Position numbers and translations under genes: made by a program | The notes under the pieces: model-generated | The model's input: the letters and a program-made list of their open reading frames with translations, nothing else | Databases searched by the model: none | What the model was told of the DNA's origin: nothing | Part shown: one piece after another, positions 61,598 to 64,000 of the stretch | Layout of the letters: every line of letters starts with the position of its first letter | How positions within the stretch are numbered: the stretch's first letter is position 1 | NCBI GenBank assembly: GCA_017525505.1 | Contig: JAFXSR010000033.1 | Location: 43,531-107,530 of the forward strand | DNA from: Bacteroidales bacterium | GTDB lineage: Bacteria; Bacteroidota; Bacteroidia; Bacteroidales; WCHB1-69 | Reading direction: 5' to 3' | DNA length: 64,000 nucleotides

Positions 61598-62548
61598 CTA
61601 CCTGACTCTCAGTCTCTGACCTTCCCGGATAAAGTCGCTTCTCAGGCCATTCAGTTTCTTGAGGGTGGACACGTAGGTATGGTATTTTTTGGCGATGGAG
61701 CCCAAGGTTTCGCCGCGTCGCACTTTATGGTAAACGGTACTGGAGGACGAAGCTGTGGCTTTGGCATCGTTGGCGGTTTTTTCCGCCATCAGGCTTTTGG
61801 AAGTTACCTCGAAACCGCTGGTGTAGAGGGTATCGACTTTCAATTTAAAATTCTCGAAGTCAATGATTTTGGTAGGATTGAAATCATAGCCGAGGTATCG
61901 GGTTTCGAAATGAAGGTGAGGACCGGTGGAACGACCGGTGCTGCCGCCCAGGGCGATGGTGTCACCGGCATGGACTGTCTGTCCCGGGTTGACCAATCGC
62001 TGGGAGAGGTGTCCGTAATAGGTTTCCAATTTATTGTTGTGGCGGATAACGATGAGTTGTCCGTAGCCGCCGGCGTTAGCCTTGGAGACGCGCACCATTC
62101 CGTCGAAGGCGGCCACCACGGGTGTGCCTGTGGGATAGGCCAAATCCACGCCGCGGTGCATTCTGCGGCGGCGCATACCGTATTTGGAATAAATCTTATA
62201 GGGTGCGGGATGGCAATATTTTCCCAAAACCAGGGTGTCGGGGCGTGCGCTGGTGTGGTGCCTGTAATGGACTGCCGCAATATTGAAATCCTCGTAAATG
62301 CCGTAGCCGGGCATCCATTTAAGGTACATGAACAAAACAGGTTCCACATTTTTGTCAATCTTGTCATAGTAGCTCATTTCCACACTGTCCATCATAATGC
62401 CGATGGTGTCAAACACCATTTCCTCATCCATGTAGGGTATGCCGTTGTAGGTGTTGAAATTCAATGAATTATCATTCTGTGCGTGAACCAGAGAGACAAG
62501 GCACAGCAGAAAAGAGCAAAGTATAAGTCGATGAAATTTTATTTTCAT
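61598..62548 (-). CDS. M23-family metallopeptidase with C-terminal LysM domain
   Basis: The M23 motifs are HRGVDLAYPTGTPVVAAFDGMV and GSTGRSTGPHLHFE. The LysM segment is YHKVRRGETLGSIAKKYHTYVSTLKKLNGL. Confidence 0.9.
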   Translation of the reverse strand: MKIKFHRLILCSFLLCLVSLVHAQNDNSLNFNTYNGIPYMDEEMVFDTIGIMMDSVEMSYYDKIDKNVEPVLFMYLKWMPGYGIYEDFNIAAVHYRHHTSARPDTLVLGKYCHPAPYKIYSKYGMRRRRMHRGVDLAYPTGTPVVAAFDGMVRVSKANAGGYGQLIVIRHNNKLETYYGHLSQRLVNPGQTVHAGDTIALGGSTGRSTGPHLHFETRYLGYDFNPTKIIDFENFKLKVDTLYTSGFEVTSKSLMAEKTANDAKATASSSSTVYHKVRRGETLGSIAKKYHTYVSTLKKLNGLRSDFIREGQRLRVR

Positions 62549-62579
62549 ATAAGTAACAGATAATTAATAAGATAAAAGA

Positions 62580-62822
62580 TTACGGATTGTATCTTTTACG
62601 AGGTTTTTGTTTTTTGATGTAGTAGGTGGTAGAGGTGGAAGTGGTGGTATTCCAGCGAGGTTGTTTCACTTTCACACGCCGGTAAGAGGAACGTTTGTGT
62701 TCTGTTTGTCCGTAATGTTTTGAAGAGGAGCAGGAGGAGAATCCCGCCGCCAACATTACCACAGCCAGCAGGAGGGTAATCAGACGAAAGAACTTATGCT
62801 GAAATAATCCGTTGTTTTTCAT
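62580..62822 (-). CDS. Small basic lipoprotein (hypothetical)
   Basis: The lipobox is AAGFSSCSS and the C-terminus is Lys/Arg-rich. A TATCTTTG box lies at 62843-62850 (minus). Confidence 0.5.
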   Translation of the reverse strand: MKNNGLFQHKFFRLITLLLAVVMLAAGFSSCSSSKHYGQTEHKRSSYRRVKVKQPRWNTTTSTSTTYYIKKQKPRKRYNP

Positions 62823-62842
62823 ACCAAAGCCATTTTAAACCG

Positions 62843-62850
62843 CAAAGATA
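62843..62850 (-). promoter_or_regulatory. TAnnTTTG promoter box
   Basis: The reverse complement of caaagata is TATCTTTG, 21 nt upstream of the ATG at 62822. Confidence 0.55.
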
Positions 62851-62922
62851 CAAAAAAATATCCGAACCAAGAATGCTTTTCGGATATTTTTTGCGTAAAA
62901 AGAGAGCGGTTTGTCTTATAAT

Positions 62923-63921
62923 CTATTGACTATTAGTTGGATTACACACATCTGTCCGATAAGTGCCATTTTCATCATAAATGAAGATGCAAGTGAGTTC
63001 GGGATGCGATTTTAGGAATGTTTTGGTCTTGTCAATGCCCATCACCATAAAGGCGGTGGCGTAGGCGTCGGCTTCCACACAACGGTCAGCTATCACGGTG
63101 ACACTCAGCAATTTGCTTTTTTCGGGTCTGCCGGTTTTCGGGTTGATGATGTGTGCATAGCGTTGACCGTTTTCCTCAAAATAGTTGCGATAGTTGCCGG
63201 AGGTGGCCACGGCGCGGTCGCACAGGTGAAAGGTCTCTTCGGCGCGCATTTCCCCGTCGGGGGTGCGGGTGGGTGTCTGCAGACCGATGTTCCACTCCTG
63301 GTCGTGGTATTTCTTGCCTTTTGCCACAATCTCGCCGCCGATATCGACCACACAGTCCTTGTATCCGTTTCTCACTAAATAATCTGCCACTTTATCCACG
63401 GCATAACCTTTCGCTATCGCATTGAAATTCAGCTGGATATTAGGATTATCTTTGATGATGCTGTTATTTTCGAGATGGATTTTCCAATAGCCGGTGAGGG
63501 ACTGTACCGAGTCAATTTCCGCTTGGGAAAGGTCCAGTTTCCGCTCGTCTTTGCCAAAGCCCCATAGGTTGACCAGCGGACCGATGGTCATTTCCAGGGC
63601 TCCGTCTGTTTCACGGCCTATCCGTTGCGCGACATTGAAAACCTCAATAAAATCTTCATTCAACACGACTTCTTGATTATCATTGATTTTTGAAATGACA
63701 GAAGCAGAGTTGAAAATGGAGAAAGTCTCGTTGATGGAGTTCAGGATGGAGTCCACCCCTTTCTGCAAAGAGGAATTTTCCACTCCTTTGTAGGTGACGG
63801 CGTAATAAGTACCCAAAGCCCCACCTTCAAATTTGTGGAATTGCATATTACCGCATGAGATGAGGAGGAGTATGCAAAGTACTAAGCCGCAAATTTTCTG
63901 AAAAAAACAGGAATATTTCAT
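62923..63921 (-). CDS. apbE: FAD:protein FMN transferase (ApbE family) lipoprotein
   Basis: GALGTYYAVTY...AIAKGYAVDKVADYL...VDIGGEI...AVATSGNYRNYF...HIINPKTG. The start is moved to MKYSCFF... with lipobox LISCGN. Confidence 0.85.
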   Translation of the reverse strand: MKYSCFFQKICGLVLCILLLISCGNMQFHKFEGGALGTYYAVTYKGVENSSLQKGVDSILNSINETFSIFNSASVISKINDNQEVVLNEDFIEVFNVAQRIGRETDGALEMTIGPLVNLWGFGKDERKLDLSQAEIDSVQSLTGYWKIHLENNSIIKDNPNIQLNFNAIAKGYAVDKVADYLVRNGYKDCVVDIGGEIVAKGKKYHDQEWNIGLQTPTRTPDGEMRAEETFHLCDRAVATSGNYRNYFEENGQRYAHIINPKTGRPEKSKLLSVTVIADRCVEADAYATAFMVMGIDKTKTFLKSHPELTCIFIYDENGTYRTDVCNPTNSQ

Positions 63922-63940
63922 TTTTTGAGAGTTTGAAATG

Positions 63941-63948
63941 CAAACATA
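63941..63948 (-). promoter_or_regulatory. TAnnTTTG promoter box for apbE
   Basis: The reverse complement of caaacata is TATGTTTG, 20 nt upstream of the ATG at 63921. Confidence 0.5.
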
Positions 63949-63991
63949 CAAAAAAATTATTTTTTCAGGATGAATATTCCGTAAAAATATG

Positions 63992-63999
63992 TATCTTTG
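63992..63999 (+). promoter_or_regulatory. TAnnTTTG promoter box for a plus-strand gene beyond the window end
   Basis: TATCTTTG occupies the last bases of the window. Confidence 0.45.
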
Positions 64000-64000
64000 C

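Overview
This 64 kb window looks like a Bacteroidota chromosome, probably Prevotella/Segatella-like. The evidence is TAnnTTTG promoter boxes 15-40 nt upstream of many starts, A-rich leaders without Shine-Dalgarno sequences, T9SS C-terminal sorting domains, and a UpxY-led capsule locus. Most of it is housekeeping: M24B aminopeptidase, typA, tRNA-Cys, ftcD, nusB-DUF1573-yajC-ybbR-like-coaE, C69 dipeptidase, DPP4-like S9 peptidase, mutS, xseA, a 2-hydroxyacid dehydrogenase, thyA, purB, FAH-family protein, ruvB, recA, M23/LysM peptidase and apbE. Accessory content: (1) a 3,500 aa T9SS-sorted surface protein (1744-12246). (2) An ArnT-like GT, Omp85-like barrel, sensorless histidine kinase and GT4 cluster (27.2-32.3 kb). 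(3) The head of a capsule locus (36.5-45.8 kb: upxY, wza, wzc, PHP tyrosine phosphatase, ugd, rfbA). Two antisense four-helix-bundle (23S-IVS/Avd-family) genes interrupt it, and it lacks wzx, wzy and glycosyltransferases. (4) A small defence/mobile islet (45.9-50.6 kb): a DUF262/DUF1524 GmrSD-like gene between dehydrogenase gene fragments, a translationally coupled DUF3791-DUF3990 pair, an IS630-family element with an A8 slippery run, a promoter-plus-terminator sRNA candidate and a truncated gene. (5) An ECF sigma factor paired with an anti-sigma-like membrane protein that ends in a T9SS type-B sorting domain. The most unusual feature is the intergenic architecture. Nearly every accessory intergenic region holds arrays of degenerate 7-14 nt 'words' (GGTTAGGAR, GTTGACAG/TGAAAAC, AGTAKAW, GTGTAAAGTACATA and others). 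These often occur as reverse-complementary pairs that bracket a cargo or nothing. They include about 200 nt tracts with no G at all directly upstream of wza and ugd. There are also at least three families of modular GC-rich hairpin elements present in several copies. All calls come from reading the sequence and the ORF track, with no database search. Coordinates of non-ORF features are accurate to about +/-3 nt.
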